A stretch of DNA of 64,000 nt from Candidatus Cloacimonadota bacterium (GTDB lineage: Bacteria; Cloacimonadota; Cloacimonadia; Cloacimonadales; GCA-2742885). Made by a program: the position numbers and the translations under genes. The first letter of the stretch is position 1; each line of letters opens with the position of its first letter. Positions 10,550 through 19,543 of this stretch are shown here, piece after piece. Below the pieces are notes generated by a model. It had not been told where the DNA came from. It made no database searches and was given only the letters and a program-made list of their open reading frames with translations. The DNA lies in assembly GCA_002742885.1 (NCBI GenBank), contig PDOO01000031.1, forward strand, positions 10,119 to 74,118, written 5' to 3'.

Positions 10550-10944
10550 GATTTTTCCTTTTTTTCAGATGAATAAGCATTTTTATATTTATTAACCTGA
10601 ATTAAATAATTTTTTAGAATTGCAAAACAAGTAAATATGGTATACTGGTCAATTCATTTTTCTTAAATAAATATTTTACATTGTCATATAATTTATTATT
10701 ATATTGTTTTTTTATGCCCATTATCTTTCTTTATAATGAGTTAGAATATTTTGTACTCTGTTTTTTTATCCGAGATTTTGCCTTAATAAAAAATAGAATT
10801 CCGGGACAGGAATAAAATATTAAAAGAAAGAATTAAGCAAATATAAGATTTTTTACAATTTTTATATTTATCGGTTTTTATAAAATAAAATATTTCTCAG
10901 AAGAAATTTATTTCCCGAAAACATAAATGTCAGTTTTTTGCCAT

Positions 10945-10975
10945 AAAAAAAAAGCCGAGACCCAAAGATCTCGGC
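10945..10975 (-). terminator. rho-independent terminator downstream of the 420-aa cargo gene
   Basis: GCCGAGA/TCTCGGC stem preceded by an A-run on the + strand. It is a paralogous copy of the 8511..8539 terminator. Confidence 0.75.
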
Positions 10976-11623
10976 TTGTATAAATTAAGATTCTTCAGCT
11001 TATTTCAATTTGATTGATTTTTGGAAAGAGTGATGAGAACCTGCGTTGAATTTTACAAAGTACATTCCGCTTCCGCATTCTTTTCCGTCTTCGTCATTAC
11101 CGTTCCAGCTGATTGTATGAAGACCTTCGCCTTTCTTTCCGAGATTTCTTACGTAGACTTTTTGTCCTTTTACGTTATAAATTTCGATGTTTGCATTTGA
11201 TTCTGCGTTATTTTCATCAATGTAGAAAGAAATGTTTACAGGCGGATTGAAAGGATTAGGATAAACATCTTGAATTCCTGTAGTCAATTCTGCTTCCGGA
11301 ACTGCTTCCTCAGGCTGGGTTTCTTCTTCCAATAAGATAGATTGAGATTGAGTGAAAGTGGAATTATCGCTTAAAGAAACAGCTTCTACCCAATACCAAT
11401 AACGTTTGTTCGGTTCAACTGCGTTGTCTTGGCAAACATATTCATGAGCAAAAGTTGTATTGGAAGCCGGAATTAAATCAGAAATCTTGTTTGCTGATTC
11501 CAAATTTTCGGTTTCGCTTTTCAAGACATAAAATCCTCTCATGTCGCTTTCGGTTTGAGTAACCCATTTTACGCTTACGTCATCTCCGGATTGAGCGAGG
11601 CTGAATGTTGAAAATTCAACGGG
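10950..11623 (-). repeat. copy B of the shared 3' cassette
   Basis: See copy A. The 205 C-terminal codons, the stop and the terminator are shared. Confidence 0.85.
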
Positions 11624-12262
11624 AAGCTCGGGGTCAGCATTCGGATCGGAATATAAATAGACTAACTTTACGTAACCGCCAATATTGGTACCGCCAAATT
11701 GACCGTCAACATTGGAGCCGCCGCCTTCAATAGTGTTGGATTGTGATTTGATTAATGTAAAGTTAAATGTTCCGGGACCTTGATAACTGGGACGCAACAT
11801 CTGATTAATACTGCCTGATACAGTGCTTTCCTGATGTTCGCCTTCATGGCTTACTCCGTCAGGAGCTGTCGGATCAAATGTATTGCCGTCACCGTTTTCC
11901 GGCTGAAGAGGATCATTCCAAGTTGTTGCTGTTATATAGTTCCATATGTTTTGGAATTGTTCGTTCAATACATTAACATCTGTTGAGTTTAATTGGAATT
12001 GAGCGCCGAGTCTTACAGTTACATTAGCAGGAGTTGCTCCGTCATTGTCAGCACTGGCATAGCCGCTGTCAACAGTAGTAAACATAATGATTTGAACATC
12101 TTCAAGCGTAAGATCTCCGTCGGGATTATGAAACTTCTCAAAAGTCATTGTTTGATTACCTGTCGTCTCGGTAATATCTTGTTGCTGTACAATTTCTAAC
12201 CCGAACAGACTGCTTAATGCCAACAAAGCCAATGTCAGGGTTAATAATTTTGTTTTCTTCAT
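11000..12262 (-). CDS. secreted protein: N-terminal domain of unknown function, then Fn3-like domain and T9SS C-terminal sorting domain
   Basis: 420 aa with a signal peptide. The N-terminal ~200 aa has no motif I recognise. The C-terminal 205 aa is paralogous to the SBBP protein tail. Confidence 0.7.
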   Translation of the reverse strand: MKKTKLLTLTLALLALSSLFGLEIVQQQDITETTGNQTMTFEKFHNPDGDLTLEDVQIIMFTTVDSGYASADNDGATPANVTVRLGAQFQLNSTDVNVLNEQFQNIWNYITATTWNDPLQPENGDGNTFDPTAPDGVSHEGEHQESTVSGSINQMLRPSYQGPGTFNFTLIKSQSNTIEGGGSNVDGQFGGTNIGGYVKLVYLYSDPNADPELPVEFSTFSLAQSGDDVSVKWVTQTESDMRGFYVLKSETENLESANKISDLIPASNTTFAHEYVCQDNAVEPNKRYWYWVEAVSLSDNSTFTQSQSILLEEETQPEEAVPEAELTTGIQDVYPNPFNPPVNISFYIDENNAESNANIEIYNVKGQKVYVRNLGKKGEGLHTISWNGNDEDGKECGSGMYFVKFNAGSHHSFQKSIKLK

Positions 12263-12906
12263 AATTTTTTCTCCTTTTTATCTTTTTTGATAAAGAACTT
12301 TTGACTGATTGACAGTCATTATTTTTTTAAAAAATTATATAACTAATCATTTTTTTTGCATTATATTGTCAATCGTTTTTTTTATTTTAAAAACAATCAG
12401 AATCTTTTTGTTTTCAACTTATCTTGGACACAATAAATTTAGAAATGAAATTATTTTTCAGCCTCGCTGCTTTATTTTTACTGCAAAATTTTGCATATTG
12501 CTGCTTATTTTTATTTCGCATTAATCATCTGATTTATTCATAATTAATGCGTTGGTTATTTTTTTGTCTGAGTTAAGAGGTTTGAACAGATAATCGGATA
12601 ACAGAAAGTAAGAGGGAGTTTTTTGATGCAAAAACATAAAATAAACGTTTGAAATATTTTATTCTGTAAAAAGGAACGGCAATTCCGATGTTCGCTCTTC
12701 TCCGGAATACGATAATTAAAGATAATACCAAAAATCATCGTTTTCCGGGTAAATACGGGATTTAATTTTTGGGAATAACGCCATATTTCAATTTTTGCCT
12801 TCTGATTGAGTATTTTAATGAGAAATTTTAAATTTTCAGGATTTTCCCGCAAAAACCTATACTGCCGATCTCACGGCATAAAAATGTAATACAGATAATG
12901 TAAAAT

Positions 12907-12933
12907 AAAAAAAAGAGGACTTGGTGTCCTCTT
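12907..12933 (-). terminator. rho-independent terminator of the C25 peptidase gene
   Basis: AAGAGGAC/GTCCTCTT stem with a 5-nt loop. An A-run on the + strand gives a U-tract on the - strand. Confidence 0.8.
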
Positions 12934-12964
12934 AAACAAAAGTTTTTGCGTTTTTAGGAAGTCT

Positions 12965-15900
12965 TTATTTCAAAAGAAGAATTTTTTTTGTCCCGATGTA
13001 GTTGTTTGTATTCATTCTGATGAAATAAACACCGCTTGCAGCAGATTTATTCTTATTGTCTTTTCCTTGCCATTCCTCTTGATAAGAACCTTGTTTCATT
13101 TTTTTGTCAATCAAGGTTTTGACCAATTGACCTTTACTGTTGTAAATCTCTATTTCAACATCAGCTTCCGGTTCGGCAATGTCAAAACTGACGGTTGTTT
13201 TCGGGTTAAAAGGATTCGGCGTATTTTGCTTTAAGCAGGTAAATTGCGGAGCAAAATCTATATTGTCGTTATCCGTTGCGAGAAAAATTGCGGTTTCCGA
13301 CATTTCGGATACGGAGCCGTCCTCATAAACGGCAAGTACGTTATAGCGATTTTCTCCGTTTATGAAATCGCCGTGCAGGAAAAGTTTCGGTTCGTCTCCT
13401 GCAACGCTTCCGGCATAATTTCCGTTATGGTAAACTTGAAAACTTTCCGTTGCCGGAAAAGCTTCGTCTTCCATGGTTTCCAAACTCCAAATAACGGCAA
13501 CCGAGGAATGATCATTGCTTGACCAGACCGCATTCACGTTATGAGGCGCGATCGGATCCCAATAGAGGATTGTTCGGACGGGGGTAAATACAGATTGAGA
13601 ACTTCCGTAAACTCCTCTCATTTTATAGCGATAAGCGTCAAAAACATCCAAGGTATCCGTAAATTCAGTTGCATCCGGATCATTTATCTCGGCTAAAAGT
13701 TCTTCGTCTTTGAAGATTCTGAATCCCGATAATTGTGTATCGCGAGAATTTCTTGAGTTTGCCTTTTCTCTTTCGTAAACAGGGGTATCCCAAGTCAAAG
13801 TTACGATATTATCCGTAAGCGAAGCTTCGAAATTCGGCGGCATGACACAGCTTAAATTAATTGCAGGGAAGATTATGAAATCAATTTTTGCGCAGTCTTC
13901 TCCTTCTGCAACGCCCTCATCTTTTTGATAAATCCATTCAAAAGTATGAATACCTTCTTCTGTCTCGAAAACGGCTTCCTGCCAATCTGTTATTCCCGAC
14001 CGGCTGTCCTTAACGGCGCCGTCAATTTTGAAAATAAGAAAATCGTAACCGCTTTCGGAAGATACTTTATAATAAAAGCTTATTTGACTGTCATGCAATA
14101 CGTTTAATTCTATGGAAAGACTTGAATAATCGTTGTTTCCGATCGGAGCGGATCGGGCAGAGAAATTTCCGGAATAACCGTCATTGTCTATTACCCACTG
14201 ATTATTTTCAGATACCCAATTCATGGCGGAAAAATTTCCCGTTTCAAAATCTTCCGATACGGAGGATGTTATAAATGATTCCGTTACGCTCCATGAAGAG
14301 CTTTCCGTTTGTACGGTAAAGGTCAATTCAATAATGCTTGCGTCTTCCTCTTCTTCTGATACGCTGAATTCAAATTCGAGATTTTGAGTTTCTTCCGGAT
14401 TAATATCTTCAAAAGCCGGAACCTCGGCGAAATCGACGGTTTGGTCAGGCGAACTCAGTTCGTAAAGGGCATTTTCCAAAACGTTGTGTCCGATATTTGT
14501 TAACGATATTTTAAATATTCCGGATTCTCCCGGCTCAATTTGAAATCCGCCGTCAATATTTTCGACAGAAACGCCGTCAAAAGTCAAAAGAGGAGCATTA
14601 ACTGGCAGACTGAGCCAACTTTCCCATGTCGAATTTCCGTCCGTAACTTCTATTTTAAGAGGCAAAACAGCTTGATCTTCCACACCGTTCAGGAGTTGAA
14701 ACTCAAATTGATTTGTTACGATTATGTTTTCTTCGGCATTGATGTCGGAAAGAGAAATTTGATTTTCGGTTATGTTAATAAATTCTGAATCGGAAGATAA
14801 GCAAGCGGTTAAATTTGAGGCATTCGACATCCCCAGATTGCGGAAATTGAGATCAAGGGAAACCGTTTCGTTATTTTCCGCTTCATTATTCCCGTTGCCT
14901 TCGGCGTCATTTATCGTAAAATCCGTACAAATAACCCATGGCGCGTCGGGAGAGCTGATTTCTATTTCATTTTGATAATAAATTCGGTTGGGAGCGGTAG
15001 CCGTTAATTTAATGTTTTCCATGCTTGACAAAGGTTCAAATTCAAGAATTAAAGAACTGTTGGTCGGGTAGCCTGAAGCAATAACTTCATTGCCCTGCAA
15101 AAGAGAAATTAAAGCATTGTCGTCATTGCAATTAACACTTAAACTATAGTTGCCGATAATCGTGTTTGACGGATGATTTACCGCTAATTGCAACGGAACT
15201 TCCGTTCTGATGTCCATATCCGGGTCGCCGAAATAATGAAATTCTTCCAGAGCGGTTATTCTCACCTCATCGTTATCGGTATATTTTGTCATGTAATATT
15301 CTTTTCCGTAATTAAGAATTGCTCCGCCCTTAAAAAACTCGTCTTCGCTTCCGTAACTTCCGTTATTGGATTCTATAAAATCATGATTCATGGCATCAAA
15401 CCAACCCCAGACAAGTCGGTCGTTATGCCCGGAGTAACTTACTCTGGTGGAAGCAAATAAACCTATCGAACCGCCGTTTTCGCTTAACAGCCAATGCTCG
15501 GTAAAAGATTCTTCGTTCATGCCCGTATTGCAATCATCGTCATCGGTTTCGTTGTCAAACCAGCCGGTTTGGCAGTTTACGGTAAAGACTATCGGGAATT
15601 TGTTTCCGTTTGAAAGATTATCTATATGATTGATATTGTAATTCGGTTCCCCCCAGCTTACTCTGCTGCCGTGATCCCTGTGAATCAAAAATGACGTTCC
15701 TTGATTTACGGCTGAACTTAAAATTCCGGGAGTTGCGTCCCAAGCAAAATTGGGGCGTTGCAATTCAACGGGAATTTCCGCGCCCGGCGCATCATTTTCA
15801 AAAACTGCCCAACCGGCGTTACTCCAATATTTAGGATAAACAGTTGCATTGCCGTATTGGTTTAAAGTCATATAAATTCTTTGAGCGTTTTTTCCGTTTT

Positions 15901-17119
15901 CCTGAAAATAGTTTCTTAAATCTTCGGAAGTCTTGCAAAATCTTCGGTCGGCATATTGATCCGGAGCATAATCTTCCGAACCGTCCTGAAAAGCTCCCGC
16001 CAAAGAAATGCTTTCATAGAAATTCGGATCCGCAATAGGATTTTTTTCATATTCCAAAATACGATTAATAATCATTTCAGCCTGTTCAAGCGTTTCGACT
16101 GGAATACGTCCGAATTTTAAATCGGCTACTAAATCATGAGGATAATTGACATCTGCGTAATATAAATCGGAAGCGGTGTAACCTTGATTATAATCGGACG
16201 GATGTTCAGTTTTGTAATTTGTCGGCACAAAATCAGCATCTCCGACAATCAGCAAAAATTGAGGAAATGTATCCCAATCATTAAAAGCGTTGCGCATGTA
16301 AATTTCTATTTCTTCAGCGGTTGTTCCGATCTCGTTTACAGTCGTTATTTCCGTTTTATAACCTTTTTGACGTTTCCAGGCAGCCAAAGTATCAACCGCA
16401 TTCAAAAAATCTTCGTGAGTGATGATCAAATAATTACAACCTGTTTCTCTTTTGTTTCCGGGAGTAATTTCCGGTTTTTCTTCTTGAAAAATATCTTCCG
16501 CATATTTTCCGAATTTTCGGTATTCTTTTTCCATTCCGGGATAAATCAGATTTGCGGGAAGTTTTTCTGCAGCCCCGTTAAATTCGATATTAACCGTTAA
16601 GTCAGGATAATATTTTAATTCTTTCGTAACCGGATTATATTGATAAGGGTTAATCCAAACAATTGCAGATTTTTGACCTCTTTTGTATTTCGGGGTTTCC
16701 GCTTTATAAAATTCTCCCGGAAAATCTTCGTTGCGTTCGTAAATATCTTTATTTTTGACAAAGGGAGGAGTTTTTTCTCCGATTAAATCCGCTGACATTT
16801 GTTGTGTCGGCAATAAATTGATGTTTTGGTAAATCAAACATTTTCCCGGGTCTGCGGAAACCGACAAATCAGCTCCGTTGGGAATTATTACCCAATTTCC
16901 GAAAATCGGAACCGAGGGCATACCTGCTCCCGGATAAGAAGCTCCGCTTATGCTGACAGACTGATAAGTTTGATTGTCTCTTTCTTTGATATCGGTTACG
17001 TTAAAAGGAATTTCATTGTTTTTAATAGTTACGCCTTGCGTTGAACCTTCAAATGTCGTTCCTGCTCTTAAAACTGCAAATAAAATCAGGATAAGAGCCG
17101 AAAATTCAAATTTTTTCAT
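12965..17119 (-). CDS. gingipain-like cysteine peptidase (family C25) with multiple accessory domains and a T9SS C-terminal sorting domain
   Basis: The segment HRDHGSRVSWGEP...FPIVFTVNCQTGWF parallels the RgpB catalytic His/Cys segment (GHGSE...FDVACVNG). His is CAC at 15673..15671 and Cys is TGC at 15574..15572. The C-terminus (TPNPFNPKTTVSFDI...IEIYNSKGQLV...SGVYFIRM) is a sorting domain. The track starts at 17128; I prefer the ATG at 17119 (MKKFEF...), which has AAGGA 9 nt upstream. Confidence 0.85.
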   Translation of the reverse strand: MKKFEFSALILILFAVLRAGTTFEGSTQGVTIKNNEIPFNVTDIKERDNQTYQSVSISGASYPGAGMPSVPIFGNWVIIPNGADLSVSADPGKCLIYQNINLLPTQQMSADLIGEKTPPFVKNKDIYERNEDFPGEFYKAETPKYKRGQKSAIVWINPYQYNPVTKELKYYPDLTVNIEFNGAAEKLPANLIYPGMEKEYRKFGKYAEDIFQEEKPEITPGNKRETGCNYLIITHEDFLNAVDTLAAWKRQKGYKTEITTVNEIGTTAEEIEIYMRNAFNDWDTFPQFLLIVGDADFVPTNYKTEHPSDYNQGYTASDLYYADVNYPHDLVADLKFGRIPVETLEQAEMIINRILEYEKNPIADPNFYESISLAGAFQDGSEDYAPDQYADRRFCKTSEDLRNYFQENGKNAQRIYMTLNQYGNATVYPKYWSNAGWAVFENDAPGAEIPVELQRPNFAWDATPGILSSAVNQGTSFLIHRDHGSRVSWGEPNYNINHIDNLSNGNKFPIVFTVNCQTGWFDNETDDDDCNTGMNEESFTEHWLLSENGGSIGLFASTRVSYSGHNDRLVWGWFDAMNHDFIESNNGSYGSEDEFFKGGAILNYGKEYYMTKYTDNDEVRITALEEFHYFGDPDMDIRTEVPLQLAVNHPSNTIIGNYSLSVNCNDDNALISLLQGNEVIASGYPTNSSLILEFEPLSSMENIKLTATAPNRIYYQNEIEISSPDAPWVICTDFTINDAEGNGNNEAENNETVSLDLNFRNLGMSNASNLTACLSSDSEFINITENQISLSDINAEENIIVTNQFEFQLLNGVEDQAVLPLKIEVTDGNSTWESWLSLPVNAPLLTFDGVSVENIDGGFQIEPGESGIFKISLTNIGHNVLENALYELSSPDQTVDFAEVPAFEDINPEETQNLEFEFSVSEEEEDASIIELTFTVQTESSSWSVTESFITSSVSEDFETGNFSAMNWVSENNQWVIDNDGYSGNFSARSAPIGNNDYSSLSIELNVLHDSQISFYYKVSSESGYDFLIFKIDGAVKDSRSGITDWQEAVFETEEGIHTFEWIYQKDEGVAEGEDCAKIDFIIFPAINLSCVMPPNFEASLTDNIVTLTWDTPVYEREKANSRNSRDTQLSGFRIFKDEELLAEINDPDATEFTDTLDVFDAYRYKMRGVYGSSQSVFTPVRTILYWDPIAPHNVNAVWSSNDHSSVAVIWSLETMEDEAFPATESFQVYHNGNYAGSVAGDEPKLFLHGDFINGENRYNVLAVYEDGSVSEMSETAIFLATDNDNIDFAPQFTCLKQNTPNPFNPKTTVSFDIAEPEADVEIEIYNSKGQLVKTLIDKKMKQGSYQEEWQGKDNKNKSAASGVYFIRMNTNNYIGTKKILLLK

Positions 17120-17223
17120 AAAATACATCCTTGAATTAATATAAAATTTCAGTTATTGAAAAAACTGAGCCTGAAAGAATTTTCGTCATACGGTTATCGT
17201 CAATAAAATATTAAGTTTCCCTT

Positions 17224-17262
17224 TTAAAAAATTCAAGGACTCCTTGATTTAAGAAGTCCTTT
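17224..17262 (-). terminator. putative terminator downstream of porX
   Basis: AAGGACT/AGTCCTT stem with a 13-nt loop. T-runs follow on both strands, so it may act bidirectionally. Confidence 0.45.
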
Positions 17263-17285
17263 TTAATTTCTTTTCGTAAAAAGTT

Positions 17286-18845
17286 TTATTTATTTTTGCT
17301 TCTCATTACGGCAATCGGAAGTATCATTTCTTCCATTGAAATTCCGCCGTGTTGAAAAGTTCCGTTAAATTGTTTTTGATATTGATGGTAAGAGTTCGGG
17401 TAAACGAAATAATAATCATCTTTGGCAAAAATATAATTTTCGACAATGTTTTTTACCGGCAAACCGAATTCTTCGGGATTTTTTAAATACAAGGCATGTC
17501 TCGGATTGCAACTCAGATTTCGTCCTTCTTTATAACGTACCGTAACACTGGTATCCCTGTCGCCCATGACTTGGGTTGCTCTGTTTACTTTCACCGAACC
17601 GTGATCAGTGGACAATACGACCGCGGCATCCTGTTTGCTGATTAATTTCAACGCTTCGTAGAAAGAAGAATGAATAAACCAGTGCTTGGTAAAAGAACGG
17701 AATGCCTCTTCGTTCGGAATTGCTTCCAAAAGAATTTGATCCCTGGATCTGTGGTGAGCAAGAAGATCAAGGAAGTTATATACAAAAACAACCAAATTTT
17801 CATGTTTGTAAGAATCTATTTTTCTTAAAACAAAATTTGCTTCTTCGGCATTAAATATTTTTACGTATTTTGATGAAGGCTGAAGATTATAACCTATATC
17901 TTTGAGATGTTCGTCCAATAATTGATGTTCGTTTCTGTTTCTGCTGTTGTCGCTTTCTTCCGTATCTCTCCAATATTCCGGGAAATTACGAGCAATTTCG
18001 ATCGGCAATAATCCGCTGAAAAGAGCATTTCTTGAATAAGGAGTGGCAGTGGGCAAAATAGAATAATAAAGATCTAAATCAATATCGAATAATTCTTTAA
18101 GAAAGGGTTCCAACGCAAGATATTGATCCAGTCTCATGCAGTCCACGATGATATAGTAAACCGGTTTTCCTTCATCGAGCAAAGGAGAAACGTATTGAGA
18201 CACAATATCAAAAGACAAATTCGGTCTTTCGTCTTTAGTTAACCATTCTGCATAATTATTTTCGATATAGTTGGCAAATTCGGTATTGCAATTCCTTTTT
18301 TCCAGAAAATGAGTATGGGCAAGATTCGGATCGTTAAGTTTATCTATTTTCAAATCCCAATTACAAATATCGCAATAGAGTTTAGACCAGTCATTCCATC
18401 TCGGATTATCAGAGATAACTCGGTTCATATCGGCGATAAAGTTTGAGTATTGTTCTCCGATAATATTATTTTGAATCTCATCGGCTTGAAATATTTTCTT
18501 TATTGACATGATGATTTGATTGGGGTTTATCGGTTTAATAAGATAATCCGATATTTGACCGGCAATCGCTTTTTCCATAAGCTCTTCTTCTTCGTTTTTG
18601 GTACACATTATTACATGAATGGACGGATTTATTTTTTTGATTTCGTCAAGCGTTCCGATCCCGTCCAAACCTATCATCATATCATCCAGAAGCACAAGAT
18701 CAAAATGTTCTTTCAAAATATATTCGATTCCGTCTGAACCGTTTGTTGCCGTTTTAACCTCATAACCTTTTTCGTTAAGGAAAATAATAAAAGGCATTAA
18801 AAGGGTAATTTCATCATCTATCCAAAGAATTTTCATTTTTTTCAT
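17286..18845 (-). CDS. porX: PorX-type response regulator (CheY-like receiver + PglZ/alkaline-phosphatase-superfamily domain)
   Basis: 519 aa. The receiver shows KILWIDDE...LLDDMM...YLIKPINPNQI. The C-terminal domain shows SILPTATPYSRNALFSGLLP, VYNFLDLLAH, STDHGS and FQHGGISMEEMILP, the same architecture and length as Bacteroidota PorX. GAGGA SD. Confidence 0.8.
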   Translation of the reverse strand: MKKMKILWIDDEITLLMPFIIFLNEKGYEVKTATNGSDGIEYILKEHFDLVLLDDMMIGLDGIGTLDEIKKINPSIHVIMCTKNEEEELMEKAIAGQISDYLIKPINPNQIIMSIKKIFQADEIQNNIIGEQYSNFIADMNRVISDNPRWNDWSKLYCDICNWDLKIDKLNDPNLAHTHFLEKRNCNTEFANYIENNYAEWLTKDERPNLSFDIVSQYVSPLLDEGKPVYYIIVDCMRLDQYLALEPFLKELFDIDLDLYYSILPTATPYSRNALFSGLLPIEIARNFPEYWRDTEESDNSRNRNEHQLLDEHLKDIGYNLQPSSKYVKIFNAEEANFVLRKIDSYKHENLVVFVYNFLDLLAHHRSRDQILLEAIPNEEAFRSFTKHWFIHSSFYEALKLISKQDAAVVLSTDHGSVKVNRATQVMGDRDTSVTVRYKEGRNLSCNPRHALYLKNPEEFGLPVKNIVENYIFAKDDYYFVYPNSYHQYQKQFNGTFQHGGISMEEMILPIAVMRSKNK

Positions 18846-18868
18846 ATTTTCCTCTGATTGTTTAAAGT

Positions 18869-19543
18869 TTATTCGGTTTCTGTTTCTTCTTCAAATTTAC
18901 GTTGACGTTCCAAAACGGTTTTTCTGATGCTTTCTAGATCAGAGTCTTGGAAATAAAGAGCGAGCTTAAAATTTAATTCTTTGGTCGAGCAGTTAAAAAA
19001 AGTTACCATTCTTTCAAGATATTGATCGGTTAAAACTTCTTTCATGGTTTTGCTCATATCTTTCTTTTTGTCCCTGGCGTCTTTTACTTCTTCTCTTAGT
19101 TCGGCGGCCGAAAGATCGCCTGCTCTTTTCAGCCATTCGGCTGTTTCTTCGTAAGAAGAGTCTTTAAGCATGGGACGAATCATGTTCAATCTGTCGAAAC
19201 CTATTTCTTTGGCTGAAGTTTCGTCAATATCGAGATCTTTGATAAAAATTTCGTAAGTCGATATTAATTTTGAAGCAAAGGCGCTTGCCATGTTGTATTC
19301 TATTTCCACAAATTCTTTGAATGTTTTATAACCTTTGAACTTAAAGACTTTTGAATGTTTAATTTCCGATAAAAGCTGACCGAATTCCAGAAAATTATTT
19401 TCAATTTTCTTTTTCATTCTTCCGACAGCCGAAAACTGTTCGTCAGGAGTCATTTCTTCCGTAACCAAAAAAGTTTTTTTCGAATTTCCGAAATCGTTTT
19501 CGTTGTTTTCTTCAAATTCTTTATTTTTCTCTTCAAAATTCAT
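18869..19543 (-). CDS. hypothetical acidic/helical protein
   Basis: 224-aa ORF with Glu/Lys-rich termini and no motif I can assign. Its start overlaps the panB stop by 4 nt. Confidence 0.6.
   Translation of the reverse strand: MNFEEKNKEFEENNENDFGNSKKTFLVTEEMTPDEQFSAVGRMKKKIENNFLEFGQLLSEIKHSKVFKFKGYKTFKEFVEIEYNMASAFASKLISTYEIFIKDLDIDETSAKEIGFDRLNMIRPMLKDSSYEETAEWLKRAGDLSAAELREEVKDARDKKKDMSKTMKEVLTDQYLERMVTFFNCSTKELNFKLALYFQDSDLESIRKTVLERQRKFEEETETE

Noticed and set aside
8510-11623. The repeated 3' cassette, considered as a diversity-generating retroelement (template/variable repeat pair)
   Set aside because: The differences between the copies are spread over all four bases rather than being adenine-specific, and no reverse transcriptase gene is in the window.
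12556-12852. 98-aa - strand ORF in the long spacer between cargo genes
   Set aside because: Non-ATG start, no SD, Cys/Phe/Ile/Lys-rich composition typical of translated AT-rich non-coding DNA, and no recognisable motif. It might be a decayed remnant, but I cannot support it as a gene.
17286-18845. The PglZ domain, considered as a marker of a BREX or other phage-defence system
   Set aside because: The domain is fused to a CheY-like receiver with PorX-like length and motifs. No pglX, brxC, brxL or other BREX genes are nearby, and the neighbours are T9SS cargo and panB.
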